From Eledone cirrhosa (taxonomy: Eukaryota): 64,000 nt of DNA. The notes below the pieces were generated by a model that saw only the letters and a program-made list of their open reading frames with translations, was not told the DNA's origin and did not search any database. Location of the stretch: contig OZ024742.1 of assembly GCA_964016885.1 (NCBI GenBank), positions 293,012,001 to 293,076,000 of the forward strand. Direction: 5' to 3'. Position numbers and translations under genes: made by a program. Positions 25,309 through 38,492 of the stretch are shown here, piece after piece (the stretch's first letter is position 1; each line of letters begins with the position of its first letter).

Positions 25309-27924
25309 TTAATGGTTTGTGTTGTTAGCTATGATTAACAAATGTAAGCTGTTAATGGTTATCTCATCATTATTATATTTTGCAAGATGCTGTGTATAAT
25401 AAATCTTTACTAATTATTGGTTACATTATAGAATTTTTATTGTATTTTAGAACAGAAATATATTTTTTGGCTTGCTGATAAATGTTATTCTTGCGCTGTT
25501 TTTGGACCATTTTTATTATTATATATGTTTACACATGAAAGCCTGTAGCTCAGTGGTTAGGATATTCAACTTGTGATTGTAAGGTTGTGAGTTTGATTCC
25601 TTTCAGCACATTGTGCCTTTGAAGTAGGTCATTTTATGGTGCTCCAGTGCACACAGCTAGAAAAAATGAGGTCATAATTGTAATTTAAAGGGCCAATCTT
25701 GTCATAGATTGTGTCATGCAGAATCGCCTCAAGAACCACATGAAATGCTCAGACACCAGTACATTAGTTTCATGACCAGGCTGTTCCATTGATCAAATAA
25801 CTAGATATATATCATTAGAACCTGACAGAGGTCCACTACATACAACACTCTCCAAATCTGTATGTATAATAAATCTTTACCAATTATTGGCACAGCATCT
25901 TGGACGTCATTTACCATCGCCTCAGGTCGACCCAAGCATTGATTGAAATTGGGTAGACAGATTTCATGAGCAAAACTAACCTGCAGGAGACCCTGAGGTA
26001 GAAGACCCCAAGCAAGATGGTTGGATAACATCCATGAGCTTGGCTCATCTTGTCTGGGGATCCATCAGATCAGTTGGAGATGGTTGCTTCTGACAGGATC
26101 CACTGGAAGGAGTGGTTGAGGACACTGCCCCCCCTCCCCACACAACCCTCTCAGGAATAAGTGGGTGAAGAAGAAGAAGAAACTGTTTGGAAGCCCGTCA
26201 GATGTACTGTACCAGCCATGTTATATAGTGTATCATGCTGAATCTCAGAATTATGTTAGGGTAAATGTATCTGGAATGCTCAGCCACTTGCACATTCATT
26301 TCTTGAGCAGGTTATTCTGTTGATTAAACAATCAGAACACTCACTCATCATCATTGTTTAACGTTCATCTTCCACGCTAGCATTGTTGAAACCAATGGAG
26401 GTTTGTTCATCCATCTACCAATTGGTTAAATTATAGAATTTTATTTTTTAGGTTTGCTATTTACTTTACATATACTGTCTATGGACCATTTAATTGCTGT
26501 TATATATTTTTACTGTTGAATTTTGTTTTCAAATTATTTAAATATGAAAAATAAATGTTTATTTTTTTCTAAATTTCTGCTTTCAAATTTTGTTTTTATT
26601 TTTTTTTGTGGGTAAAATAATGTGAAAAAATAAATAAAATAAAATTTTTGTAATTTAATTTAATGACCTAAAATTTCAATGGAATAAGAGGCAAAATAAA
26701 AACATACAGCTTGTTAATGCGATACAATGTCCTGTAAGTTACCAAATAAATTATTTTGAACAAAGTTTTTTTTTCCAATTGTCATTAGTTTTTTCTTCTT
26801 CTTCTTCTTCTTCTTCGCCAACTTATTCCTGAGAGGAGCATGAAGACAGAGTCCTGAAACACTCCTTCCAGTGAGTCCTGTCAAATATTAACCCTTTCAT
26901 AATTATATTTCATTGGAAATATAGTATTTGTCGGTTTGAAAACAACCAAGAACAAATAACTTATTTCATTATTTAGCTGGTAATTGGAATATAACTGAAC
27001 AAAGGTTCTTGCATAAAATTGTGACATAAGGTTTTTTGATAAATATAAACACTTTTTTGTATCAGCGATCCAAGAACAATCTCAAGCTACTTGATATCAG
27101 AGGATTAAAGAATGAAATTTAACCAAGGGTTAATGGCACTCGACTTTAAAATGTTGAATACAGCTATTCTTCACTTAACTAGCTTAAGGGACTACTCACT
27201 TTTATAATCATTAACGTTTTTTACAGTTACTAAGATAGTGTTTCTATTAGACCTTTAAAATTTCTTTATTTAGATTATCTACTAATATATAATGCTCTTG
27301 TGTTTTTGTACGTCACACAAAGGGAGGTAACTCATCTGTTTCAGTATCAAAAATATAAATACATACATCTAAATTATAATAAAGCAAGGGCTGCAGGACT
27401 GCGTACAGTTTATTTCTTTTAATCCCCTTGGTAAAATAAGTTGGATTACGTTGAATAAATAATGAATGAATATTACATAATTTATGTGCTAAATTTCTTT
27501 CATAAACAAATAATTTCGTAAAAATAAATCATCTAAAATTGACTTCTTTTCAAAGTTGCACTTCCGGTATATCGTCGCCACCACCACTTCAACTAGCATA
27601 TATATAGAAAGAGAGAGTGTGTGATGAGAGAGATAGAGATTATGATTTTCTACACACTGACGCGTATGAGTGTGCACATACATACATCTATATGTATGAG
27701 TATATAACTATAATCGCGGAAACAAACTTATAAAAATACACACTCACGGACATAATTCACACAAATACACATACATTCACACATACTTTCACACAAACAT
27801 ACATACATTTATACACATACAGTCATGATAGCGTTCGATTTAATTGGAAATGGGAGGGTAAAACAAGTATAACGTTTTATTTATTTATTTATGAACTCTT
27901 TTTTTAAAAACTCATTTAATATAA

Positions 27925-28571
27925 CTAGCAGAAAAACCACCCTTCGGGTGGTTTTCTGCTAGCTTGTGTAGTGTGTATATTGATATTATACGCAAGTATG
28001 TATGATACATCAGATAATACCGTAATTGACAATATACACAGAAATTGAACGAAGACTGTGTTACACTGTCTTCTGTAATCAGTAACGTAATCCATGATAC
28101 ATTAAAAAAAGACGATATTATATATCTGCTAGCATGTGTAGTGTGTATATTGATATTATACGCAAGTATATATGCATGTAGATATGATCAAATAAAATCG
28201 TAATTGACAATATACACAGAAATTGACCGAAGACTGTGTTACAGTCTTATGTAATCAGTAACGTAATCCATGATACATTAAAAAAAGACGATATTATATA
28301 TAAACTGCATTAGAAGAAAATTAGTGACAGGAATATATGAATATTTATTTAAACGATCGCTAACCGGAAGTGTTGACATTTGAATATTTTAAAGAAGTGA
28401 ATCTTTAAATAAGTAACAAAATATATTTAATGAACAGCCACGAAATTTAGTAGATAAATTATGTAATATTCATTCATTATTTATTCAAAGTAATCCAGCT
28501 TATTTTACTAAGGGGATAAAAAATTATAAACCGTACGCAGTCCCGCGCTTCTTACTTTATTATAGTTTAGA
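27925..28571 (-). mobile_element. Non-autonomous Helitron-like element (647 bp) with an internal ~170-bp tandem duplication
   Basis: Minus strand: A|TCTAAACTATAATAAAG 5' end; 3' hairpin CCACCCGAAGGGTGG, then 8 nt, then CTAG|T. A related 5' end lies on + at 27368-~27570. Confidence 0.7.
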
Positions 28572-28839
28572 TTAATCACTGTTGTACGCCCATATATAAA
28601 TGTAATAGCATATAAATTATGTCTGATGCAGACACACACACATATTTATATATATATACACACACACATACATACCACACCACACACAAATCGTCTTCTG
28701 AAGTTAGTGAAGCTATTATTAATCCTCCTCAGGTGAAGTAACTTGCAAATTCTTCGTAATTCATGAAATGCAATAATACATCTAACGGACACACACACAC
28801 ACAAATATATCTATTCATACATAGACATATATATATATA

Positions 28840-31141
28840 TAGGCGAAGTCTGGTCCGAAGTGCGCATGTGCGATGTCTGGTCCGAACTGACATGCACGAA
28901 GCTATTCATACTGCGCATGCGCGAATGCTGGTCCGTACTGCGCATGCGCGAAGGCTGGTCGGTACTGTGCATGCGCGTTGGTTGGCCCGTACTGCGCATG
29001 CGTGTTGGCTGTCCGACGTGCGCATGCGCGAAGGCTACTCTAAGTGCGCATGCACGATGGCTGGTCTTAAGTGCGCATGCGGTTTAGCTGGTCCGACGTG
29101 CGCCTGCGCGATGGCTGGTCTTTACTGCGCATGCGCGAAGGCTGGTCCGACGTGCGTGAGGTCTGATCCGTACTGCGCATGCGCGAAGGCTGGTCCGTAC
29201 TGCGTAAGCGCAAAGGCTTGTATGACCTTTGCATGCAGGAACCCTGGTCTGTACTGCGCAGCGCGAATTCTGGTCTGTACTGCGCATGCGCGAAGGCTTG
29301 TCATAAGTGTGCATGCGAGAAGGCTGACCCGAAGTGCGTTGGTTGGTCCGACGTGCGCATGCGCGAAGGCTGTCGGTACTGCGCATGTGCGGAGGCTGGT
29401 CAGAAGTGCGCATGCGCGTTGGTTGGCCCGTACTACGCATGCGCGAAGGCTGGTCCGAAGTGCGCGAAGGCTGGTCAGAAGTGCGCATGCGCGAAAGCTG
29501 GTCCGTACTGCGCATGCGCGATGGCTGATCTTAAGTGCGCATGCGTGTTGGCTGGTCCGACGTGCGCATGCGCGTTGGCTGCTCCGACATGCGCATGCGC
29601 GAAGGCTGGCTCGACCTGCGCGAGGTCTGGTCCGAAGTGCGCCTGCGCGAAAGCTGGTCCGTACTGCGCATGCGCGAAGGCTAGTCCGTACTGCGCATGC
29701 ACGAAATCTGCTCAGGAGTGCGCATGCGCGATTGCTGGTCCGTACCCAGCATGCACGAAGGCTTGTCCGAAGTGTGCATGCGCGTTGGCAGATCCGACGT
29801 GCGCATACGCGAAATCTGGTCCGTGCTGCACATGCGCAAAGGCTGGTCCGTCTGTGCATGAGCAAAGGCTGGTACGTACTGTGCATGCGATAAGGCTGGT
29901 CTAACCTGCGCATGCGTGAGGGCTGGTCTGTACTGCGCATGCACGAAGGCTGGTCTGTACTGCGCATGCACAAAGGCTTGTCCGAAGTGTGCATGCGTGA
30001 AGGCTGGTCTGAAAAGCACATGCGCGAAGGGTGGTCCGTACTGCGCATGCACGAAGGCTCATCCGAAGTACACATGCGCGAAGTCTGGTCCATACTGGGC
30101 ATGCGTGGTAGGAGAGCGCATGCACGATTGCTGGTCTGTACTGCACATGCGAAAAGGCTTGTCCGAAGTGTGCATGCGAAAAGGTTGGTCATAAGTGCGC
30201 ATGCGCGAAAGCTGGTCCATACTGCGCATGCACTTAGGCTGGACCGTACTGCGCATGCACGAAGGCTGGTTGATACTGCGCATGCGCGAAGACTTGTCCG
30301 AAGTGTGCAAGCGCGAAGGCTGGTCTGAAGTGCGCATGCGCGTTGGCTGGTCCGACGTGCGCATCGCAAAGGCTGGTCCGAAGTGCACATGCGCGTTGGT
30401 GATCCGACGTGCGCATGCGCGAAGGCTGGTTCGTACTGCGCATGCACGAAGGCTGGTCCGTGCTGTGCTTTCGCGAAGGCTGCTCCGTACTGTGCATGAG
30501 CAAAGGCTGGTACATACTGCCCATGCAATAAGGCGGGTCTAACCTACGCATGCATGAAGCCTGGTCCTTACTGCGCATGCGATAAGGCTGGTTTAACCTG
30601 CACATGCATGAAGCCTGGTCTTTACTGCGCATGTGCGAAGGCTGGTCTGTACTGCGCATGTGCGAAATTTGGTCCGGAGTGAGCATGCGCGTAGGCTGTT
30701 CCATACTGCGCATGCGCGAAGGCTTGGCCGAAGTGTGCATGCGTGAAAGCTGGTCCGTACTGCACATGTGCGAAGGCTGGTCCATACTGCCTATTCTCGA
30801 AGGCTGGTCCATACAGCACATGCGCTAAGGCTTGTCCGAAGTGCGCATACGCAAAGGCTTATCTGAAGTGCACATGCGCGACGGCTGGTCTGAAGTGAGC
30901 ATGCATGACGGCTGGTCCTGACTACGCATGTGCGAAGGCCAGGCCGTACTGCGCCTGCGCGAACTCTGGTCCAAAGTGCAGATGCGCGAAGGCTTGTTCA
31001 CAGTGCACATGCGCGAAGGCCTGTCCATACTGCGCATGTGCAAAGGCTGGTCCGAAGTGCGCATGCGCGAAGGCTGGTCCAAACTTCGCATGCACGAAGG
31101 CTGGTCCATTTTGCGCACGCGCGAAGGCTGGTCCGTACTGT
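28840..31141. repeat. GC/CpG-rich ~27-bp minisatellite (~85 units), consensus GTACTGCGCATGCGCGAAGGCTGGTCC / GAAGTGCGCATGCGCGTTGGCTGGTCC
   Basis: Directly visible periodicity; nearly every unit carries TGCGCATGCGCG or a CpG-decayed variant. Confidence 0.95.
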
Positions 31142-32847
31142 GATAGGAAGGGGGCTGTGACAAACTATAGAAAACAGAGAACAGCATTCGCTACACCTGT
31201 GTTACTCATACATATAAATACATATGCACACACACACGTGTGCATGTAATGATTATTTTCTTTGAGTCTCTATGTGTATGTTTGTGTAGATGTGTGTATG
31301 TAATAATTAATTTTAACTAGAGTTCTTAGATTGGCTACACTTTTGTGAGTGTTTGTGTGTACGTGTTGTCCAAGGAGCCAAGTCTCTAGCAATATTGAAA
31401 TAAATTAGAATTATCAAGAATATAAAACGACTGCAGTTGAAAGGTATATACAAATACACATCTACCCTTTAGCTGTCATGTTTGACGGCACAGGGCCAGC
31501 TAGTATGATAGTAAGAGTGCTGTCTGTCACGCTCACTTTATATTGAGAGCGGGAGCACCAAGGAAGCGATATATATATATAGAGAGAGAGAGAAAAGAGA
31601 ACAGTGTTTTCAGGATGACAGAAAGAGGTAGGTAGCCAGAAAACAGAAAGTTATGACTTCACCCTCAACTATATAGAAAGAGGGGGTATCGCCAAGCGAG
31701 AGAGATGTACATAGAGAAAAGGAACATCATTTGTTTAGACAGAGAAAGAGTGTGTGTGTGTGTGACAGAAAGAGGCAGAGGATGTTGTCCTCATCTAGTT
31801 TAAAATTAAACCAATACTTGGTAACATTTCATACTCTCTTGGACTCTATATCTCTTGTTTGGTGACATTAAAGTAATATTTGAAGACATTTTAAGAGAAG
31901 GTCCTTGGAGCAGAACCTGGTGAAGCGAGGAATTTGTTTACTGACCAATTCACTTTATGCCCTTGTCTTTAAATAAGTGGCTGTATTGTCAAGTATTAGG
32001 GAACTGAACTGAGTAATATTGAGTCTAACCAAGGATTAGGGAGTAGGACACAAGGCATGTTCAATAAGAACTTGTGAACATGTCTAATACCCCCCTGTGT
32101 GTGTGTGGGGGGGGGGGGGGGGATAATTGGTAACACTACCATTTTGTCCTTTTCAAAACATCAGCTAAATGTAGCCTCGTGGTCACAGCAGACAGAATTG
32201 TGATGTGTTTCTCAGGAGGATAGCAAGGGCAATGGGCTGAAAGATTCACTCCAATACAACCATCACATCTTTTGTAAAACATGGGGTGGATGTTGCCTCA
32301 TGGCCCCAGCAGACAGAATTGCAAATATGTTGCCCCAGAAGATTGTGAAGGAAAGGGGCTAAATGTAATTACTCTCTCCAGTGAAGAGAGCTATGAGTCA
32401 ATTCAGGAAAATGAGAAATAACTGGAATCTGTTAAAAGAATTTTAATGATGATTAATGTAAAACTAGATAGAAAATGTTAGGAAATCAATCAATACCTTC
32501 ATTTATTTATGTGGTTACCCATTTCTCAGGTTACTTGACCTGCTAGCAATAACAATCTCTGTTAAACTACTTTCTACAGTCTTTAACAAAATATTTTTAC
32601 AACCAGAATAGTGCTGGAATGTTCAAAATTCAAAACATCTTACAAAAAAACACACACACACATACAATTAGAGCTTGCATCAATTCAACACAGTCAGTCT
32701 TTATGCTAGAGCTTGGCACATGTTCTGTATATTCTTTATCTAAAATCAACCATCTCCATTCATTCTGTAATTATGATCAACTAAACACATTTTCGCAGTT
32801 CATTTAGCACATTTTTCAGTTTACAATGTTTACAAAGCCACATTCAG

Positions 32848-33440
32848 CTAGAGGTTGGATCAACTCAACATGGTCTGTATTTACACTAGAGCTTGGATCA
32901 ACTCAACATGGTCTGTATTTACACTAGAGGTTGGATCAACTCAACATGGTCTGTATTTACACTAGAGCTTGGATCAACTCAACATGGTCTGTATTTACAC
33001 GAGAGCTTGGATCAACTCAACATGGTCTGTATTTACACTAGAGCTTGGATCAACTCAACATGGTCTGTATTTACGCTAGAGCTTGGATCAACTCAACATG
33101 GTCTGTATTTACGCTAGAGCTTGGATCAACTCAACATGGTCTGTATTTACACTAGAGCTTGGATCAACTCAACATGGTCTGTATTTACACTAGAGCTTGG
33201 ATCAACTAAACATGGTCTTTATTTATACTAGAGTTTGGATCTACTCAACATGGTCCATATTTACACTAGAGCTTGGATCAACTCAACATGGTCTGTATTT
33301 ACACTAGAGCTTGGATCAACTCAACATGGTCTGTATTTACGCTAGAGCTTGGATCAACTCAACATGGTCTGTATTTACACTAGAGCTTGGATCAACTCAA
33401 CATGATCTGTATTTACGCTAGAGCTTGGATTAACTCAACA
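32848..33440. repeat. 38-bp minisatellite (~15 copies) CTAGAGCTTGGATCAACTCAACATGGTCTGTATTTACA, flanked by a diverged ~130-bp direct repeat
   Basis: Period 38 (32886 to 32924); flanks 32705-32830 and 33417-33550 are similar. Confidence 0.92.
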
Positions 33441-33854
33441 CGTTCTGCATATTCTATGTCTGAAATCAACTGAAAACATCTCCATTCATTCTGTAACTAT
33501 GATCAGCTGAACTGTTCTCTGTTCATTTAGTACATTTTTCAATTTACAATATTCAATATGGTAAAAAAACACTTTATTATTTAACTATTTTTGAGATATT
33601 TTAATAAATGTTATTTATTCAAAAAACAATTTACTTAGTCAAAATAACTAGCAGGACACAATATAATACCTCATCCTTAATAAAAATAACTATATAAATA
33701 AATTGGATAAAAAAAAACAATCTTCAGAAAGATTTCTAACCACCTTACTGTGAATAAACAAAATAATTGTGTAACAGGACCAGTATCACCAACATTATTG
33801 TATGCCACAATAAGAATTATCATTGCGTGTAACAGGACTAGAATTATTATACCG

Positions 33855-34935
33855 ACCTCAGTATTTGACTGGTATTTTATTTTATCGAACCCGGAAAGAT
33901 AAAAAGCAAAGTTGACCCTATTGGGATTTCAACTCAACTAAGTATTGCAAAGCATTTTGTCTACCACCCTTACAATAATAATATTATTATTTCTTTTTTT
34001 TTATATATAATAATAATGGTTTCTGATTTAGGCACAAGGCCAGCAGTTTGGGGGAGAAGGGAAAGTCGATTAAATCGACCCCAGTACGTTACTGGTGCTT
34101 TATTTTATCGACCCCATAAGGATGAAAGGCAAAGCTAACCTTGACGGGATTTGAACTCAGAATGTAAAGGACCATAACTATATGCCACAAAGCAAAATGT
34201 CTCATGCTCAACCAATTCTGCCAATCAATAATAATAATTGTTTCTACATTTGGCACAAGGCCAGCAATTTTTTTTTGGGGGGGGAGGGGGGGGTCAATTA
34301 AATCGACCCCAGTGCGTAACTGGTACTTTATTTTATTAACCCTTTAAGGATGAAAGGCAAAACTAACCTCGACAGAATTTGAACTCAGAATGTAAAGGAC
34401 CGTAACTATATGCCGCAAAGCATAATATCCGACATTACCAATTCTGCCAATCAATAATAATAATAATAATAATGGTTTCTAATTTTAGCACAAGGCCAGA
34501 AACATTTTAGAGTTGGAAGGGAGTCAATTATATCAACCTCTATACTTGACTGGTACTTTATTTTATCAACCTCAAAAATATAAATGCAAAGCTGCCCTCA
34601 ATGGGATTTGAACTAAGAATGCAAAAAGCTAGAACAAATGCTGCAAAGAATACTCTAATGTTTCTGGTAATCAACCTAAGGCTAGTAATTTGGGGAAGGG
34701 GAAAGTCGATTAGATCGACCCCAGTACATTACTGGTGCTTTATTTTATCGACCCTCCCGTATGGATGGAAGGCAAAGTTAACCTCGGCGGGATTTGAACT
34801 CAGATCATAAAAGGCCGTAACTCTATGCTACAAAGCATGGTGTCTGACTCTCTACCGATACTGCCAATCCACCGGTGAATCAACCTAAATAATAATTATT
34901 ATTTCTACTTTTGGCACATGGCCAGCAATTTGAAG
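33855..34935 (-). mobile_element. Head-to-tail cluster of about 5-6 family-2 SINEs
   Basis: Repeated GGCACAAGGCCAG...TTTATTTTATCGACCCC...GGATGAAAGGCAAAG...GATTTGAACTCAG units separated by (AAT)n. Confidence 0.8.
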
Positions 34936-36546
34936 GGAAATATAATAATAATTGTTTCAAATTTAGGTGCAAGACCAGTAGTCCTGAAGCAAGAGGAAAG
35001 TTGATTGTATTGACCCTAGTATTTCACTGATACTATATTTCATGGACCCTATAGCAGTAATTGTGTAGAATGGACAACTACAGAGTTGCTGCTATATCTT
35101 CCTTCCATCAATGGATATTGTTGTTACAGCTCATACCTGTGTGGGTTTTAATTGGCCTCCAATGAGGCTGTAATTCATAGATTTCTCAGGTGTTTTAATG
35201 ATAGGGACTACAATCCTATCACACACACATATACATACACCTATAAATGTATTGTTGTTGCAGCTCACACATGTAGGTTTAGCTGATCTACTATGAATTT
35301 GCATTGCAAGAGATTTCTTGAATGTTTTAATGATAAGGGCCCCTAGTCCTATCATGATCTGTGGATGAACCAATCAAAAGTCATCAAAATTCAATTATAT
35401 TTATCTAAACTATAAATTAATTTGTAAGCTTTATAATCTGGGAGAAAAAAAGGGGGGATGGGGTAATGATAGAGCTTTGTATACGTTTTTTTTTTGTTTT
35501 TTTTCAAGTACTTTTAAAGAAAATTGTTTAATTTTTCCAGCAAAATGTATGAGAGCAATTAACAGAGTATTTAGACATAATGTTTTGGTCTGGTCAACAA
35601 CAATAGAACAAAGAGTTGTGTGAGTCTCTAAACTTGTTCCATTTTGACCATCGAGATGAATGGAATCTGGAAGAAAGAGAAAGAAACATGAATTTGTGAA
35701 AGCCTATGGTAGTTTAACTCTTAACTTAACATTCTGTACTGCATGAAACAACATTAGCAAGAGGTGGTTAAAAAGTACAAACACCACTATGACTATAACA
35801 TTAAAAATCAAAGTCTAATACTGCAAATTTTCACAATGATTAATAAAAATTATAAAAATACTATAAACATTTGAATTAACAAACCTGTATTTTTTTTTTA
35901 TATTTTCTGCTAAATCATAACAGGATGTTAAGAGTTAAAGTTATTTATAGAAATATATATTAGATATATTAGAGTGTACATTTATTATTTTAAAACTACA
36001 GGGTGAGCATAAAGTCTTTCCCTGATTATAAAATACCATATCTCGGATACTATTTGAGATTTTTCACATGGTGTGAAATTCGATATCACTTAGATGTGCT
36101 CCGATTGACGAGTGGAGTCCATGTCAAAGTTCACTGAAGTTCATGTGTGAATGAAAAATACTTCTAGACATGCTTATAAGTGTGCCAAAATTTGTTTTAA
36201 GCTTGGTCACCTCTCTGTCACTCTATTTATTACCATCACACTTGTCATTTCTTTTCAGAAAGGGTTGTGTTTAAACTCCCTTCTCTTCACGATGACAACG
36301 ATGATAATAAACACTTTAAAACAGTTTTGTGTCATAAAATCAGTTTTGGTATCAAAAGGTTTCTGATTTAGGCACAAGGCCAACAGTTTTACTGGTACTT
36401 TATTGTATCAACCCCGTAGGAATGAAAGGCAAAGCTAACCTTGTTAAATGTTAATAACATAATACAACCGTTGTTGTATGTATTAAAACCTATTGAAATA
36501 AATATATATACTTACATGAAATATATAAATAGGAAGATTTTTTTTT

Positions 36547-36647
36547 CTATTTGCTTTTATTTAGAGGCACAAAATTCTGATAGAAACTCTTAGTAACATC
36601 AAACATCATTTCAAGTGTACACTCTGGAAGTTCTCCACAAAATCGAC
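36547..36647 (-). CDS. DCTN5: Dynactin subunit 5 (p25), coding exon 6 (stop TAG)
   Basis: (G)[32 protein letters not shown]; AG acceptor at 36648-36649; phase matches exon 5. Confidence 0.95.
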
Positions 36648-37467
36648 CTGAAAATGAGAGTTTTGAAGAAATTGCTCAGTTCTATCATTCACATATTGGT
36701 GATGATGATGGTAATGGTGGTGGTGGTAATGATGATGGTGGTGGTAGTGGTGATGGTGGTGGTGATAGTAGTGATGCACCATATATTTTGAATTGAGGTT
36801 TTATAAGTCCAGTAAATATGTCACATTTTGGTTTTTCATGCATTTTCATGGAAAAAAATGCACAATTTATACACAGGTACATACAGTTTATATACCCATG
36901 TACAAATCACACTTTCAACTTACATTTATTTATCATGTATTTTGAATTGAGGTTTTTTTAGGACCAGTAGGTGAGTACATGTCAGTTCCTCATGTTATGT
37001 TTCCATGGGAAAAGGTGCGACTTATACAGATGTATACATGGTAAACCAGCTGTATCTGGTCAGAATTCTCTCACCTCTTTCTGTTCAAACTGGCCATAAC
37101 TGACCACTTATACTGATGTTAAGGTATTGTTCTCAGATTAATAACATCAAAATCTCATAGTTTCTATATTATGTGAGATAAAGCCTTTACCATGAAAGTA
37201 TAATAGTAAATATAGAGTATTGTAAATGCTAAAGGGTTAACCCTTTAGCATTTACATTACTTTATATTTATTATTGTATTTTCACAGTAAAGGCTTTATC
37301 TCACATAATATCGAAGCTACGAGATTTTGATGTTATTTATTTTGAGAACAATATCTTAACATTAGTATGAGTGGCCAATTATGGCTGGTTTGAACAGAAA
37401 GAGGTGAGAGAATCCTGGCCGGATATGGCCGGTTTAAATACTAAAGGTAGAATCGAGAAATACATAC

Positions 37468-37570
37468 CAGGTGAACCAGAAAATAGAGTAAAAGGGGGAA
37501 CAACTGTTTCTGGTGGCAAGACTGTATTGTCAGCAATAGCACAGCAATCCTTCAAGATACATCGGCGCCC
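37468..37570 (-). CDS. DCTN5: DCTN5 exon 5
   Basis: [34 protein letters not shown](G); AG and GTATG boundaries; 103 nt. Confidence 0.96.
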
Positions 37571-38083
37571 CTAAGAGATGACAGGCAAGAGTGAAAGAGA
37601 GAGAGAGAGAGAGAAACATAAAATATTTAAATTGAAATATAGTGAAATCCATTATAACAAAATTCACGGAGTATAAAAAAAAATTTGTTGTATCGAAAAA
37701 TTCTTTATAACAAGATTGACTTAACACATTGAGCGTGTGGCCAGGGATTGAAAAAAATTTTGTTATACTGAAAGATTCATTATAATGGTATTTGTTGTAA
37801 GGGAATTTTACCTGTATTGTAGGCACTGCTTCAGTATCTGATCTACTTTCTCACATCTTTCTTCCATCTTCACATCACTCCCAAGATCTAGCTAAACGCC
37901 CTCTCCATCTGCACCTCCCTCCATACACACTTTATATTAAATGTAGTTGTTATATTATTTAATAATCCCTTCACACCACTACATTTTTTATGCACCCACC
38001 CAGTACATGCTATACATTTAATGGAGTTCACTCCAAAACCCTTCCAGTACACTGCCACCTTCCTGTTCTTTCATCTCCTATTA

Positions 38084-38450
38084 CTAAGTTACACTCTACT
38101 CACTCAATACTAAGTTATACCCCCTCACTCAATTCTAAGTTACACTCTACTCACTCAATACTAAGTTATACCCCCTCACTCAATTCTAAGTTACACTCTA
38201 CTCACTCAATACTAAGTTATACCCCCTCACTCAATTCTAAGTTACACTCTACTCACTCAATACTAAGTTATACCCCCTCACTCAATTCTAAGTTACACTC
38301 TACTCACTCAATACTAAGTTATACCCCCTCACTCAATTCTAAGTTACACTCTACTCACTCAATACTAAGTTATACCCACTCACTCAATGCTAAATTACAC
38401 TCTACTCACTCAATACTAAGTTACACTCTACTCTCTCAATTCTAAGTCAC
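38084..38450. repeat. 51-bp minisatellite (~7 copies; dimer of 26+25-bp subunits) in DCTN5 intron 4
   Basis: CTAAGTTACACTCTACTCACTCAATA + CTAAGTTATACCCCCTCACTCAATT repeated. Confidence 0.92.
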
Positions 38451-38492
38451 TCTCTTTCTAACTCACTCACTGAAGTTTTAAGTTATACTTAC

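Noticed and set aside
28763-31249. Cys-rich (CACAKAGP) metallothionein-like and Arg-rich ORFs
   Set aside because: ORFs are open in nearly all six frames of a 27-bp GC-rich repeat, with frequent frameshifts and no splice structure.
37990-38445. 151-aa repeat ORF (KLHSTHSILSYTPSLNS)n
   Set aside because: Translation of a 51-bp intronic minisatellite, antisense to DCTN5.
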